A stretch of 64,000 nt of DNA from a candidate division WOR-3 bacterium (GTDB lineage: Bacteria > Hydrothermota > Tepidihabitantia > Tepidihabitantales > Tepidihabitantaceae). Location: NCBI GenBank assembly GCA_013177935.1, contig JABLXZ010000001.1, positions 35,794 to 99,793 on the forward strand. The letters are read 5' to 3'. The position numbers and the translations under genes are program-made. The notes under the pieces are model-generated. The model saw only the letters and a list, made by a program, of their open reading frames with translations. It had not been told where the DNA came from and did not search any database. Below are positions 28,231 to 38,595 of the stretch, in pieces; within the stretch, counting starts at the first letter, position 1, and the number at the start of each line of letters is the position of its first letter.

Positions 28231-29328
28231 GTGGGTAAAAACGATAGGGTAACAGTATCGGTAATCAAAGCGGATATCGGCGGTTATGTTGGTCATTCGG
28301 CAAGTCATCCAGACATCATTGCCCTTGCCCGGGAGATGCTCAACCGTGCCAAAAGCAATGGACTTTTGATTGATTTTTATGTGACGAGCTGTGGCGATGA
28401 CCTCGAACTGATTATGACCCATACCAGAGGCAATGACTGTGCCGATGTTCATAAACTGGCGTGGGATACATTTATGGAGTGCACCCGCCGGGCGCAGGAG
28501 TTAAAGCTTTACGGCGCCGGTCAGGATATGCTGGCGGATGCATTTTCCGGCAATGTCAAAGGGATGGGTCCGGGCGTTGCCGAGATGAGTTTTGTTGAGC
28601 GCAAGTCCGAACCGCTGATTGTGTTCTGCGGCGACAAGTGTGCGCCCGGTGCCTGGAATCTGCCACTGTTCAAGATTTTTGCCGACCCGTTCAACACCAT
28701 CGGTCTGGTTATTGACCCCTCAATGCACGATGGGTTTGTCTTTGAGGTCCACGATGTTTTTGAGGGGAAGGATATGAAACTTTCCTGCCCCGAGGAGATG
28801 TACGACCTTCTGGTATTGATTGGGTCACCAGAGAACTATTGTGTGAAGAATGTTTACCGGAAGGATGGCGAGATTGCCGCGACCAGTTCGACCCAGAAGC
28901 TGGCGTTAATTGCGGGCAAATATGTAGGCAAAGACGACCCGGTGATGATGGTGCGCTGTCAGTCGGGCTTTCCGGCGGTGGGTGAAGTACTGGAGGCGTT
29001 TGTCTTTCCCCATCTGGTATCAGGCTGGATGCGGGGTTCGCATTACGGTCCCTTGATGCCGGTGGCACAACATCAGGCAACACCGTCAAGGTTTGACGGT
29101 CCGCCGCGCGTAATCGCCCTCGGTTTTCAGCTTGACAATGGACGGTTGGTTGGACCGCGGGATATGTTTGATGATCCGGGGTTTGACCGGGCAAGACAGG
29201 AAGCAAACGAACTGGCAGACTATATGCGCCGGCACGGACCATTTGAACCGCACCGGCTGGGTCTGAAGGAGATGGAGTATACAACCCTGCCTCAGGTGTT
29301 GAATAAACTCCTGAAGCGAGAAAAGTAG
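28231..29328 (+). CDS. fbp: Bifunctional fructose-1,6-bisphosphate aldolase/phosphatase (class V FBPase)
   Basis: 365 aa. [20 protein letters not shown] at the N-terminus and the overall length are characteristic of the archaeal-type FBP aldolase/phosphatase. Confidence 0.9.
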   Translation: MGKNDRVTVSVIKADIGGYVGHSASHPDIIALAREMLNRAKSNGLLIDFYVTSCGDDLELIMTHTRGNDCADVHKLAWDTFMECTRRAQELKLYGAGQDMLADAFSGNVKGMGPGVAEMSFVERKSEPLIVFCGDKCAPGAWNLPLFKIFADPFNTIGLVIDPSMHDGFVFEVHDVFEGKDMKLSCPEEMYDLLVLIGSPENYCVKNVYRKDGEIAATSSTQKLALIAGKYVGKDDPVMMVRCQSGFPAVGEVLEAFVFPHLVSGWMRGSHYGPLMPVAQHQATPSRFDGPPRVIALGFQLDNGRLVGPRDMFDDPGFDRARQEANELADYMRRHGPFEPHRLGLKEMEYTTLPQVLNKLLKREK

Positions 29329-29372
29329 CATCGGGTTATAAAAAAGAGGTCTTTTCACAAGGACGGTCAATT

Positions 29373-30377
29373 GTGGCAATAAATCAAGAGGGCGGGAGTG
29401 ATGTTGCGGCGGTAGCCCGGCTTGGTGAGGCGCGGCGGCGCATCGAAGCCGAGGTTGCGAAGGTCATCGTCGGCCAGAAAGAGGTGGTGGAGCAGGTGCT
29501 GATTTGTTTGCTTGCCCATGGCCATGCCCTTTTAATCGGGGTTCCGGGTCTGGCAAAGACGCTTCTCGTAAACACCCTGGCGCAGGTTTTAGACCTTTCT
29601 TTTAACCGGGTTCAGTTCACGCCCGATTTGATGCCATCGGACATCACCGGTACCGAGATTATTGAGGATGACCCCGAGACCAAAATGAGGCGGTTTCGAT
29701 TTGTGCCCGGTCCGATATTTGCCAATGTTGTGCTGGCGGATGAGATTAACCGAACCCCGCCCAAAACCCAGGCGGCGCTGCTGCAAGCGATGCAGGAGTA
29801 CCGGGTCACAGTAGCAGGGCAGACTTACCAGTTACCGGCGCCATTTTTCGTTCTGGCAACGCAGAACCCAATTGAACTTGAAGGTACCTATCCTTTGCCT
29901 GAGGCACAACTGGACCGATTTATGTTTTCGGTGGTGGTTGATTATCCCAGTGCCGAAGAGGAGAAGGAGATTGTGAAGAGTACGACTTCAGCATACACAC
30001 CGACGCTGACGCGGGTACTTTCCGCAGCAGAAATCACGGCCCTGCAAGAACTGGTGCGCCGGGTACCGGTTGCGGATGAGGTGGTGGAGTATGCGGTGCG
30101 CCTGGTGGCGTTGAGTCGGCCTAAACATCCCCAGGCACCCAAGTTTGTGCGGGAATGGGTGAGCTGGGGTGCTGGACCAAGGGCATCACAGTATCTGGTT
30201 CTGGCGGCAAAGACCCGCGCGATGCTTGCCGGGCGATATACCCCTACGATTGACGATGTCAAGGCGTGCGCTTTACCGGTATTGCGACACCGCATTGTTA
30301 CCAGTTTTGCGGCAGAGGCAGAAAGTGTCCGGTCCGAGGATGTGATTGAGCGGTTACTGGCAGAATGTCCGAGGTAA
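29373..30377 (+). CDS. MoxR-family AAA+ ATPase
   Basis: 334 aa. [13 protein letters not shown] (Walker A), VLADEINR (Walker B), [23 protein letters not shown]. Confidence 0.9.
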   Translation: MAINQEGGSDVAAVARLGEARRRIEAEVAKVIVGQKEVVEQVLICLLAHGHALLIGVPGLAKTLLVNTLAQVLDLSFNRVQFTPDLMPSDITGTEIIEDDPETKMRRFRFVPGPIFANVVLADEINRTPPKTQAALLQAMQEYRVTVAGQTYQLPAPFFVLATQNPIELEGTYPLPEAQLDRFMFSVVVDYPSAEEEKEIVKSTTSAYTPTLTRVLSAAEITALQELVRRVPVADEVVEYAVRLVALSRPKHPQAPKFVREWVSWGAGPRASQYLVLAAKTRAMLAGRYTPTIDDVKACALPVLRHRIVTSFAAEAESVRSEDVIERLLAECPR

Positions 30378-30907
30378 AAACGATGCGGAAGTTAGGGGTG
30401 ATTGCGCTTGCGACCCTGAGACCGGGGGACAATAAGTTTGAACTGGAAGGAGAACCGCGCGATTTTGGCTGTGAGTTACAGGAAGTAAAGGAGAACCCTT
30501 CGTTTCAGAAACTTACCGGCAGAATCAAGGTCGCGGTAAACATAACCCGGAGCGGTCAGCGGTTTTTGGTGCGGGGCTGGATGCAGTTCCGGGCGCAATT
30601 GGAGTGTGCCATCTGCTGGCAGGAGTACGAGCAGGAGTTTACCGAGGAGATAACTGCGGAGTTTACCAGTCTGGAACGCAGTCGGTCCGGGAGTTATGCC
30701 CGGGAACTGGAGCCGGTGGAACTTGACCGGGTGCCAATCGATGCCGATTTTATTGATTTGAGCAGTTTAATCCGGGACACTATTCATCTGGCGATACCGA
30801 TTGCACCGCGGTGCCGAACTGACTGTCGGGGTATCTGCCCGGAATGCGGCGCCAATTTGAATTTTGAAGCGTGTCGGTGTAACCAAAAGACATCGGGGAA
30901 GAGATAA
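30365..30907 (+). CDS. DUF177 (YceD-like) protein
   Basis: 180 aa. C-terminal [28 protein letters not shown] is the YceD/DUF177 signature. Overlaps moxR by 13 nt. Confidence 0.8.
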   Translation: MSEVKTMRKLGVIALATLRPGDNKFELEGEPRDFGCELQEVKENPSFQKLTGRIKVAVNITRSGQRFLVRGWMQFRAQLECAICWQEYEQEFTEEITAEFTSLERSRSGSYARELEPVELDRVPIDADFIDLSSLIRDTIHLAIPIAPRCRTDCRGICPECGANLNFEACRCNQKTSGKR

Positions 30908-30980
30908 CTGGTGGTTATTTTCTTGACAGCGGCAATGAGTTCGCAATACTTTAACACGAAATTTAATTTTGGGAGGAATA

Positions 30981-31340
30981 ATGCACGAGAAAGTGGTTTT
31001 TAATCGTTTCGGTAAAGCGGTTTATCGAATTTGTGGCACGGTTGTCTATGACTTTTTAGGCAAGCCCCGGGGATTTCTTATTGGCAAGACGCTTTACGAT
31101 ACGCAGGGGCGCCATCGCGGTTTCTTCTTTGATAATGTCGTCTGGGACCGGATGGGGCGAGTGGTTGGATTTCTTTCGGGTGCGATGGTCGAAGGGATTA
31201 ATTTTCCACCGGTTGAAGTGCCACCGGTTCCTTATAAAGATTTGCCCGCGCCCGAACCGCCGCCTGAATGCAAGGACCTTGATTGTCCCAATAAGGTTCC
31301 GCTCTGGTCAATAATGCGGCTGGAAAACCTGCTCGTTTGA
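30981..31340 (+). CDS. Hypothetical small repeat protein (4-fold beta-flower-like)
   Basis: Four repeats of the G+.VG.L.G pattern (FGKAVYRICGTVVYDFLGKPRGFLIGKTLYDTQGRHRGFFFDNVVWDRMGRVVGFLSG). GGGAGG lies before ATG 30981. Confidence 0.45.
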   Translation: MHEKVVFNRFGKAVYRICGTVVYDFLGKPRGFLIGKTLYDTQGRHRGFFFDNVVWDRMGRVVGFLSGAMVEGINFPPVEVPPVPYKDLPAPEPPPECKDLDCPNKVPLWSIMRLENLLV

Positions 31341-31389
31341 GCCCGCCTGTTTTTATTAGGTTTGTAAATTAGGACTTCATAGTATAACT

Positions 31390-31902
31390 GTGGCAATTGC
31401 GGTGGCAATCGGGCGGTTCCTTTTTCGCTGGCGGGGCGTTATCGGGTTTTTAGCATTCGCCATAGTCTACTTTTTCGGAAAGCCCACGATACGGTCGTGT
31501 CTTGCCGGGTTACCTCTCATTTTTGCCGGTTTGCTATTGCGGTTCTGGGCGATGGGTCATATCGGTGCGGCAGCACGAGCCCGAACTGTCGGCGTCGAGA
31601 AGGTGGTGAAAAGTGGGCCCTATCGCATCTTTCCCCACCCGATTTATGCGGGCAACTTTCTTCTGGTTCTGGCGGTGCTTGTCTGCCTTAAACCGGACTT
31701 GAGATTGGCGCTGGGCGTGGTCCTGGGGTTTCTGATTGAGTACGGGCTTATTGCTTATGCGGAAAAACAGGCACTGGGGCAAAGCGGTCTTGAGCCCAAA
31801 TCGGTCAAGTTTGACCTGCACCGGGCGTTAAGTGATTTGCCCACCTGGGTTGTGATGGCAGTAATTTATCTTTTATGTTTAGTGCGTCCGGTCTGGTTTT
31901 AG
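31390..31902 (+). CDS. ICMT/PEMT-family membrane methyltransferase
   Basis: 170 aa, 4-5 TM helices. V.SGPYRIFPHPIYAGNFLLVL motif of isoprenylcysteine carboxyl methyltransferase-like proteins. Confidence 0.7.
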   Translation: MAIAVAIGRFLFRWRGVIGFLAFAIVYFFGKPTIRSCLAGLPLIFAGLLLRFWAMGHIGAAARARTVGVEKVVKSGPYRIFPHPIYAGNFLLVLAVLVCLKPDLRLALGVVLGFLIEYGLIAYAEKQALGQSGLEPKSVKFDLHRALSDLPTWVVMAVIYLLCLVRPVWF

Positions 31903-33207
31903 CCGGATACGGGCGGTAAGGGATACGGTTTTACCGCTGTTTAAGTCCCGAACCCGGGCGATGATGAGATACTCACCGGGCTTCAAGTCCATCGTGTGCA
32001 GCCGTTCGACCGCGGTGCCAGTTGTGCCGGTACCAGCAATAAAACGGGTTGGTGTCGGGATGACCACCGCCTGTTTTGTAGCGAGGTCCATAATTTCATA
32101 GGTTGCCTCAATCCGATGCTGGTTCAGCGAATCTACGGTTAGGTGGTAAATTTCGTAAAGCAGGTAGCAGGTGCTGCCGGTCTTGATTTCCAGTGGTAAC
32201 AAGGGGACAACCCGGCGCCAGTCACCGCGTTCAAACTGAGGGCTCTGAAAGGTTGAGTCAACCAGGGTGTAAAAGATGATGTCAGAACAGGGTTGGGTGC
32301 GTCGGAGATAGTCGATGAGGTTGAGTTCCTTATTGATTTCTGCCCGGTTTTTACCGTCAAGGGTTGTGGCGGTGGCGGTTACCGAGTAGATGTCAACGGG
32401 TAAGATGAGTGTCTGGCGGCCCACGACAGAGGATACTTGCGAGTCCGGAGTACAGCCAAACCAGCCTTTGCTGACGGTAGAGTAACGCCGCGAGTTCAGT
32501 TTCAATTCAATGTAGAACAGGTTTTGTTTACCCCAAACCAAAGCCGGATCGTTACTGGCAATCCCGTAATGGATTTCAACCACAACCGAATCGTTGTGCT
32601 GACTGAGCCGGTAAAGCGCGAGGGCAAAATCAAGGGGACGATAGTCGGGCGGTGGTGGTGGCGGTGGTTTGCCGTAATCAACCGGTTCCAGCGCGGGGGG
32701 AAACCAGTTTCTACCAAAGCGGGACTGTCCAACCTGACGGAAACCGGTGCCGGTTTTCACGAAGTCAATTTGAATGCCCAGTGAATCGTAAGTCCAGATT
32801 TCTGCCGGATTGACAAAAATCGTACCGGAATCGGTGGTTAAAGGCTTTGGCGTGTACTCTTCGCGCCGGGGCGCACCGTAGCGGATATAGGTGATAACCC
32901 GTTCGTCGTTGAGCAGGTCAATTGAACCAAACAGTTCTTTAGCCTTGTTTGCCCGGGCGAGGTAAATTGCGTGCTCGGTTCCGGAGCGGTTTTGCCAGAA
33001 CCAGTTCCGGTAATCAGCCCGGTCCGAAGAAGAGGCAAGGGTCAGGTACTGTTTTGCCGCATCCGGGTCAAGGGCTTTGAGAATCAAATATTCCAGTTTT
33101 TCTTCGGGGTTGAGCAGGTCGGCACGGGATAGGGTTTTGAACTGGCCACAGAACGAGCCAAGGAAGATGGTAAAGAACAGCGGTGCCCGGTAATGGAAAC
33201 GGTGCAC
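31879..33207 (-). CDS. GWxTD-like domain protein (secreted)
   Basis: 442 aa with a signal-like N-terminus. DRADYRNWFWQNR ... NDERVITYIRYGAPRREE resembles the FW..RDP / TDRG.iYI.YG.P core of GWxTD proteins. Call made by eye only. Confidence 0.45.
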   Translation of the reverse strand: MHRFHYRAPLFFTIFLGSFCGQFKTLSRADLLNPEEKLEYLILKALDPDAAKQYLTLASSSDRADYRNWFWQNRSGTEHAIYLARANKAKELFGSIDLLNDERVITYIRYGAPRREEYTPKPLTTDSGTIFVNPAEIWTYDSLGIQIDFVKTGTGFRQVGQSRFGRNWFPPALEPVDYGKPPPPPPPDYRPLDFALALYRLSQHNDSVVVEIHYGIASNDPALVWGKQNLFYIELKLNSRRYSTVSKGWFGCTPDSQVSSVVGRQTLILPVDIYSVTATATTLDGKNRAEINKELNLIDYLRRTQPCSDIIFYTLVDSTFQSPQFERGDWRRVVPLLPLEIKTGSTCYLLYEIYHLTVDSLNQHRIEATYEIMDLATKQAVVIPTPTRFIAGTGTTGTAVERLHTMDLKPGEYLIIARVRDLNSGKTVSLTARIRLKPDRTH

Positions 33208-33210
33208 GCT

Positions 33211-34935
33211 TTACTCTTGTTCAAGCATCGGGATTTTGATACCACGGGCGCGGGCAACCGCCTTTGCCTCTTCGTAGCCGGCGTCGGCATGGCGACAGAC
33301 GCCAATTCCCGGGTCGTTGGTCAGGACGCGCTTGATGCGCTCATCCATTTCCGGTGAGCCATCACATACCGTAACCTGACCGGCGTGGATTGAATAACCG
33401 ATGCCAACACCACCGCCGGAGTGAATCGACACCCAGGAGGCGCCGGAAGCGACATTAAGCAAGGCGTTGAGCAGGGGCCAGTCGGCAATCGCATCGGAGC
33501 CGTCAAGCATCGCTTCGGTTTCCCGGTTCGGAGAAGCCACAGAACCGGTGTCAAGATGGTCACGGCCGATGACAATTGGACCGCGTAACTTACCGGTTCG
33601 AACCGCCTGATTGAACGCTAAGCCGACCCTGTCCCGTTCGCCGTAGCCGAGCCAGCAGATGCGGGCGGGTAGCCCCTGGAAAGGTACCATTGATTCGGCT
33701 TTTTTGAGCCAGTTGAGCAGGGGCTGGTTTTCCGGAAAGAGGTCAGCGACGATGCGGTCAGTTTCAAAGATGTCCTCTGGTTCGCCACTCAACGCCACCC
33801 AGCGGAAAGGTCCCATCCCGTGACAGAAAAGCGGCCGGATGTATGCCGGAACAAAACCGGGGTACTTCCAGGAACCGATTTTACCCGGGGTGCGTATCTC
33901 TTCTTCGGCTAAAAATCCGCCCTCAATCGCCTTGCCGCGCAGATTGTTGCCGTAGTCAAAGGTTACCGCGCCCCGCGCTTGGAGGAGAAGCATCAGCCGG
34001 ACATGTTCTGCCATCGTTTGATAGGCACGCTTCCGATATTCCGCTGGGTCGGTGCGGCGCAACTTTAGCGCCTCAGCAAAGGTAATGCCCGCAGGCACAT
34101 AGCCGTTCAGTTCGTCGTGTGCCGAGGTCTGGTCGGTCAATAGGTCTGGAGTGATGTTGCGTTCAACCAGACGGCGCAAAAGGTCAACGATGTTACCACA
34201 CCAGGCGATGCTTTTGGCGATGCGGTGGGCTTTTGCCTCAAGCGCGGCATCAATCGCTTTGTCCAGGTCGTCGATGCGTTCGTCAAGATAGCGGGGCTTT
34301 TGGGAAGCGATTCGGCGCTCAATTCGTGCCGGGTCAACCTCGGCACCAAGATAGGTGGCATTTGCCATCGTCGCGGCAAGGGGCTGAGCGCCACTCATTC
34401 CACCCAAGCCACCGGAGACGACCAGTTTGCCGCTTAAATCGCCACTGCCGAAGTGCTTGATTCCAGCGCTGACAAATGTCTGGTAAGTTCCCTGTAAAAT
34501 TCCTTGGGTGCCGATGTAAATCCAGGAACCGGCGGTCATCTGGCCATACATAATCAAACCTGCCGCCTCCAGTTCGTCAAAGTACGGCTTGGTTGCCCAG
34601 TGCGGGACTAAATTGGAGTTGGCGATTAAAACCCGTGGCGCATAGGTAAATGTTTTAAAGACCCCGACCGGTTTGCCCGACTGGACAAGCAGGGTTTCGT
34701 CATTTTCCAGTTCTTTTAAGCACCGGACTATCGCCTCAAAACATTGCCAGTTTCTTGCTGCCCGGCCGGTGCCGCCATAAACGATTAGCTCCTCAGGCTT
34801 TTCCGCAACTTCCGGGTCAAGGTTGTTCATTAACATCCGGAGCGCTGCCTCCTGTTGCCAGCCTTTGCAGGAGAGATTTTTACCTCGTGGCGCCCGGATT
34901 AGTTGATATTCAAAACCTTCTTTCATAAGTGTCAC
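33211..34935 (-). CDS. hutU: Urocanate hydratase
   Basis: 574 aa. [36 protein letters not shown] and HDELNGY match urocanase. Confidence 0.93.
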   Translation of the reverse strand: MTLMKEGFEYQLIRAPRGKNLSCKGWQQEAALRMLMNNLDPEVAEKPEELIVYGGTGRAARNWQCFEAIVRCLKELENDETLLVQSGKPVGVFKTFTYAPRVLIANSNLVPHWATKPYFDELEAAGLIMYGQMTAGSWIYIGTQGILQGTYQTFVSAGIKHFGSGDLSGKLVVSGGLGGMSGAQPLAATMANATYLGAEVDPARIERRIASQKPRYLDERIDDLDKAIDAALEAKAHRIAKSIAWCGNIVDLLRRLVERNITPDLLTDQTSAHDELNGYVPAGITFAEALKLRRTDPAEYRKRAYQTMAEHVRLMLLLQARGAVTFDYGNNLRGKAIEGGFLAEEEIRTPGKIGSWKYPGFVPAYIRPLFCHGMGPFRWVALSGEPEDIFETDRIVADLFPENQPLLNWLKKAESMVPFQGLPARICWLGYGERDRVGLAFNQAVRTGKLRGPIVIGRDHLDTGSVASPNRETEAMLDGSDAIADWPLLNALLNVASGASWVSIHSGGGVGIGYSIHAGQVTVCDGSPEMDERIKRVLTNDPGIGVCRHADAGYEEAKAVARARGIKIPMLEQE

Positions 34936-34943
34936 CTCTCAAA

Positions 34944-34972
34944 ATGATAGATGCGGATTGGGGTAATGTCAA
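34944..34972 (-). promoter_or_regulatory. Sigma70-like promoter for hutU
   Basis: Minus strand reads TTGACA (34972-34967), 17 nt, TATCAT (34949-34944), then GAGAGGTGA and ATG 34935. Confidence 0.6.
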
Positions 34973-35217
34973 CACAATTTCCATTACTATCCCTGAAACT
35001 ACTCCCGGGTTGGGTAGGGAAAATTGGTTAATTACAAGTTAACTTGCTAAATTACAATTGGTTATAGATAAAAGCTGCTCTAAGTCCGTTATACTTTAAA
35101 GTATAACTTTGTTTTGAGCGTTAGTGATTGAGTGTCGGGCTTGGTTGGTAATAAGGTTGAGACGAAAAGTGGTCAGTAAACTTAAAGGTTTGTGGTCTGG
35201 TTGACTATAATATTCCA

Positions 35218-35829
35218 TCAGGGTTGCGGTTTATAGAGTAAGCCAAACAGGGTGATTCGTGGTTCTGAAAGTGGCAGGGATTTTACCAGTTCGAATCCGA
35301 ACCGCTCGTAAAAGGGAATGTTGCGTTCGTTTGTCGTGTCGATATAAATGGACTGGTTGTGTTTAAGCGCTTCTTCAATACCCACCTGGAGCAATGCGGT
35401 GCCGAACCCTTTGCCCTGATGCTCCGGAGCAACCCCAAGGAGGGCAAGGTAACGGTGCGGATTGACGATGACCTGTCTGTGAAGTTGATTTTGAAAACGG
35501 TCAAATTTGAGCATCAGACGGAGCGGTTTGAATCCCAGGCGGAAAGGAAGGATTAGCGCCTCTGAGGAAAAGGAGTTGAGGAGATGGGGACGGGTTCGGT
35601 CTGAAGGAAGCCAGAGCGCGACCGCGGTGATTTCCGGATTGGTATTTACCCAGCCGTAGTTAAGTCCATAGCGAATAAGAAGATGTAGAACAGAAGAAAG
35701 AGCGTTGAAGCGCTTCTGGTTTTGCGGGAAAAGGTTTTTCCAGAGCGGGTCAACCATAAAGGCACCGGCAAGGACTGAGACCGCCTTTTCCACTGCCGGG
35801 GCATGGTTCGGTAACCGGATTGGGTTCAT
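35218..35829 (-). CDS. GNAT-family N-acetyltransferase
   Basis: 203 aa. LLGVAPEHQGKGFGTALLQ is the acetyl-CoA binding motif A; YERFGFE follows. Confidence 0.85.
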   Translation of the reverse strand: MNPIRLPNHAPAVEKAVSVLAGAFMVDPLWKNLFPQNQKRFNALSSVLHLLIRYGLNYGWVNTNPEITAVALWLPSDRTRPHLLNSFSSEALILPFRLGFKPLRLMLKFDRFQNQLHRQVIVNPHRYLALLGVAPEHQGKGFGTALLQVGIEEALKHNQSIYIDTTNERNIPFYERFGFELVKSLPLSEPRITLFGLLYKPQP

Positions 35830-35861
35830 CTCAATTCAATCAAATCTAAGCGATGGCTGCG

Positions 35862-36416
35862 TCAGGTGGTAGATAATGGCGTGGTGGTTTTTTCGGCGAG
35901 GTTCCAGCCCAGTTCAATCGCTTTCGCATTGATGTCAATAAACTGTTTCGGCACACGGCTGGCAACGGTCTTTTTCAGGGATTCGAGTGTAACGAGGCCG
36001 GTGATGCGTGCCACAGCGCCAACGGTAACGATGTTGGTAAAAAGCTCTCTACCCAGTTCCTGACGGGCGGTTTCGGAAAGAGGCAGGCAGACCGTTTTCG
36101 GGTGAGGACACTCGTGCACATAAAAGCGGTCGATGATTGCCATTCCCCGGACCTTTAAGTCGCTCAGGTACTTTTCCACCGCCGGCTGACTCAAACAGAC
36201 AAGAAAGTCCAGTTTTCGACATTTTGGGAAAAGGATTGGCCCATCCGAGATGATGACATCGGCTTTGGAAGCACCGCCGCGTGCCTCAGGTCCGTAACTC
36301 TGCGTCTGGACAACCTGCCAGCCTTCGTGTACGCCAGCGGCTTCGGCAAAGACCACGCTGGCAAGAATTACACCCTGGCCTCCGGTTCCGGCAAAACGAA
36401 TTTCAATCTTCTTCAT
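35862..36416 (-). CDS. 2-oxoacid:ferredoxin oxidoreductase, gamma subunit (operon 1)
   Basis: 184 aa. RFAGTGGQGVILAS...QSYGPEARGGAS is the OFOR gamma signature. Confidence 0.88.
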   Translation of the reverse strand: MKKIEIRFAGTGGQGVILASVVFAEAAGVHEGWQVVQTQSYGPEARGGASKADVIISDGPILFPKCRKLDFLVCLSQPAVEKYLSDLKVRGMAIIDRFYVHECPHPKTVCLPLSETARQELGRELFTNIVTVGAVARITGLVTLESLKKTVASRVPKQFIDINAKAIELGWNLAEKTTTPLSTT

Positions 36417-37240
36417 TTTCCTTTGGAGCGTTCCCGAACCTCTTCGTAAAGTTGCGTATAGGGCGCAATTTCTTGCTGGTCGTGCAGGACACCGATAACG
36501 AATTTGTCTTTCTGATGCCAGGGGTCGGTAACTTTACTGACATCAACAGCGCGAGTCCGCAGCCACTCCAGCATCTGCACCGCATCACCGATACCCTGAT
36601 ACCGGCCATAGAAAGTCGGGCACTGGCTGATAACTTCAACGACGCTGAACCCGGTTTTTTTGAGCGCCAGTTCGAGCATCTTCTTTAAGTGAGCAACATG
36701 GAAGGTGGTGCTGCGGGCGACAAACATTGCACCTGCTGCCCGGGCAAGAAAACAGACATCAAAACTGCGCTCGACATTGCCAAAGGGTGCGGTTGCAGCC
36801 CGTTCGTGTGTTGGGGTAGTGGGTGAGTACTGACCCCCGGTCATCGCATAGGTGAAGTTGTTGACGACAATTACGGTAATGTCAAGATTGCGCCGGGCGG
36901 CATGGATGAAGTGATTGCCGCCGATTGCCATAATGTCGCCGTCGCCGCCAATCACGACCACCTTCAGTTCGGGTTTTGCCAGTTTTACGCCGGTTGCTGC
37001 AGGCAGGGCTCTGCCGTGCAGGGTATGAAAGGTGTCGCAGTCCAGATAGCCCGGCACGCGGGAAGAGCAACCGATTCCCGAGACAACGCACAGTTCATCC
37101 TGTTTTATACCCAGTTCGAGAAAAGCCCGCACCATCGTTGCCATCGTAGTACCGATGCCGCAGCCCGGACAGAGGATATGGGGAAACCTTTCATCAAGCC
37201 GAAAGTATTCAAGGAATCGGTCGTCTTTCAGTTCAATCAT
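36413..37240 (-). CDS. 2-oxoacid:ferredoxin oxidoreductase, beta (TPP-binding) subunit (operon 1)
   Basis: 275 aa. CPGCG, SGIGCSSR, GGDGD..AIGGNH and NNFTYAMTGGQ motifs. Confidence 0.9.
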   Translation of the reverse strand: MIELKDDRFLEYFRLDERFPHILCPGCGIGTTMATMVRAFLELGIKQDELCVVSGIGCSSRVPGYLDCDTFHTLHGRALPAATGVKLAKPELKVVVIGGDGDIMAIGGNHFIHAARRNLDITVIVVNNFTYAMTGGQYSPTTPTHERAATAPFGNVERSFDVCFLARAAGAMFVARSTTFHVAHLKKMLELALKKTGFSVVEVISQCPTFYGRYQGIGDAVQMLEWLRTRAVDVSKVTDPWHQKDKFVIGVLHDQQEIAPYTQLYEEVRERSKGK

Positions 37241-38343
37241 AAGTGGGCAATAATCTCCTCCGGGGTGAGCATCTCACCATCGTAGCGCTGGACCGAAACC
37301 ACCGGGACCTGCAGACTTACGGTGCGTTCCACTTCCCGGTAAAGTTGTCCCTGATTCATTTCCGGAACAATCACCCGGCGCGCACTGCGCAAAAGGGCGA
37401 TGAGTCTTTCGTTCGGAAAGGGCCAGACCATCCGGAGCCGAACAATGCCAACCCGGCGGCCCGTCTTAAGTTCGAACTGGCGTTTTGCCTCCATTCCGGC
37501 ACGGGCAGCACTGCCGTAACAGACGATTACCGTTTCCGAGCCGATGTCTTCGTAATAGATGTCCCAGAGCCAGGAGCGGTTCTGCTCAATTTTGTTGCGG
37601 AGCCGGTCCAGGTTCCATTTGATAATCTCCGGGTCATCAGTGGGAAATCCGTCTTTACGATGGGTTAAGCCGGTGAGATGAATGCGGTAACCTTCCCCGA
37701 AACTGGCAATGGGCGCATCGTAATTGTTGCTGTCATCGTAATGGTAGTACTGGTTGGGCGCCGGTTTAGGTTTGTCCGGCTGCCAGATTTTAACCGTTTC
37801 GGGTAATTCAACCACCTCCCGCATATGACCCACGATTTCGTCCATCAACACGATAACCGGAATCCGTAACCTTTCGGAGATGTTGACCGCCTCAACCGTT
37901 AAGTCAAAACATTCCCTAACACTCCAGGGACAGAGGGCGACAATCGGATGGTCGCCGTGGGTACCAAAGCGCGCCTGCATCACATCCGCCTGGGAGGTGC
38001 GGGTTGGTGTGCCGGTTGCCGGTCCGCCCCGCATCACATTGACAATGATACAGGGCAGTTCTGCCATTATTGAATAGCCGATTCCTTCCTGCATTAAAGA
38101 AAATCCCGGTCCGGAGGTGGCGGTCATCGCCTTGACACCAGCCGCGGTGGCACCATTCATACAGCAGATAGAACCGATTTCGTCTTCCATCTGGATAAAA
38201 GTCCCACCGACCCGCGGTAGTTCCCGGGAAAGGTATTCGGCGATTTCGGTGGAAGGGGTAATGGGATAGCCGGCAAAGAAGCGCACGCCGGCGCGGATGG
38301 CACCGATGGCACAGGCTTCGTTACCGGATAGTAACTGCTTCAT
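37237..38343 (-). CDS. 2-oxoacid:ferredoxin oxidoreductase, alpha subunit (operon 1)
   Basis: MKQLLSGNEACAIGAIRAGVRFFAGYPITPSTEI...ATSGPGFSLMQE. ATG 38343 forms an ATGA overlap with the delta stop; the ORF-track start at 38421 lies inside the delta gene. Confidence 0.88.
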   Translation of the reverse strand: MKQLLSGNEACAIGAIRAGVRFFAGYPITPSTEIAEYLSRELPRVGGTFIQMEDEIGSICCMNGATAAGVKAMTATSGPGFSLMQEGIGYSIMAELPCIIVNVMRGGPATGTPTRTSQADVMQARFGTHGDHPIVALCPWSVRECFDLTVEAVNISERLRIPVIVLMDEIVGHMREVVELPETVKIWQPDKPKPAPNQYYHYDDSNNYDAPIASFGEGYRIHLTGLTHRKDGFPTDDPEIIKWNLDRLRNKIEQNRSWLWDIYYEDIGSETVIVCYGSAARAGMEAKRQFELKTGRRVGIVRLRMVWPFPNERLIALLRSARRVIVPEMNQGQLYREVERTVSLQVPVVSVQRYDGEMLTPEEIIAHL

Positions 38344-38591
38344 TCTTGCTTTCTTTTTGCCGGGGTGACAAAAATCGCCAAATCCGGGCAGCGCAGTTCG
38401 CACAACCGGCAACCGATGCACCGTTCCGGATGGGCAACCGTTACTTTGAATCGTTCGTCAAGGTCAAGGGTTTGCGTCGGGCAGAAGGCGACGCAGATGC
38501 GGCAGCCTTTACAGAAGTGCTTTAGCAATCGGTGGCGATGTCCTTTAGGTCCGACAACCTCAACCGGTTCTTCAAGGAGAAACTTCTTCAT
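38340..38591 (-). CDS. 2-oxoacid:ferredoxin oxidoreductase, delta (2x[4Fe-4S] ferredoxin) subunit (operon 1)
   Basis: 83 aa from ATG 38591. CKGCRICVAFCP and CIGCRLCELRCP motifs. Confidence 0.8.
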   Translation of the reverse strand: MKKFLLEEPVEVVGPKGHRHRLLKHFCKGCRICVAFCPTQTLDLDERFKVTVAHPERCIGCRLCELRCPDLAIFVTPAKRKQE

Positions 38592-38595
38592 TGGT

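Noticed and set aside
33211-34935. I considered whether a histidine utilisation (hut) operon is present.
   Set aside because: Only hutU is present. No hutH, hutI, hutG or hutC lies within the window and the neighbours are unrelated, so I did not call a hut locus.
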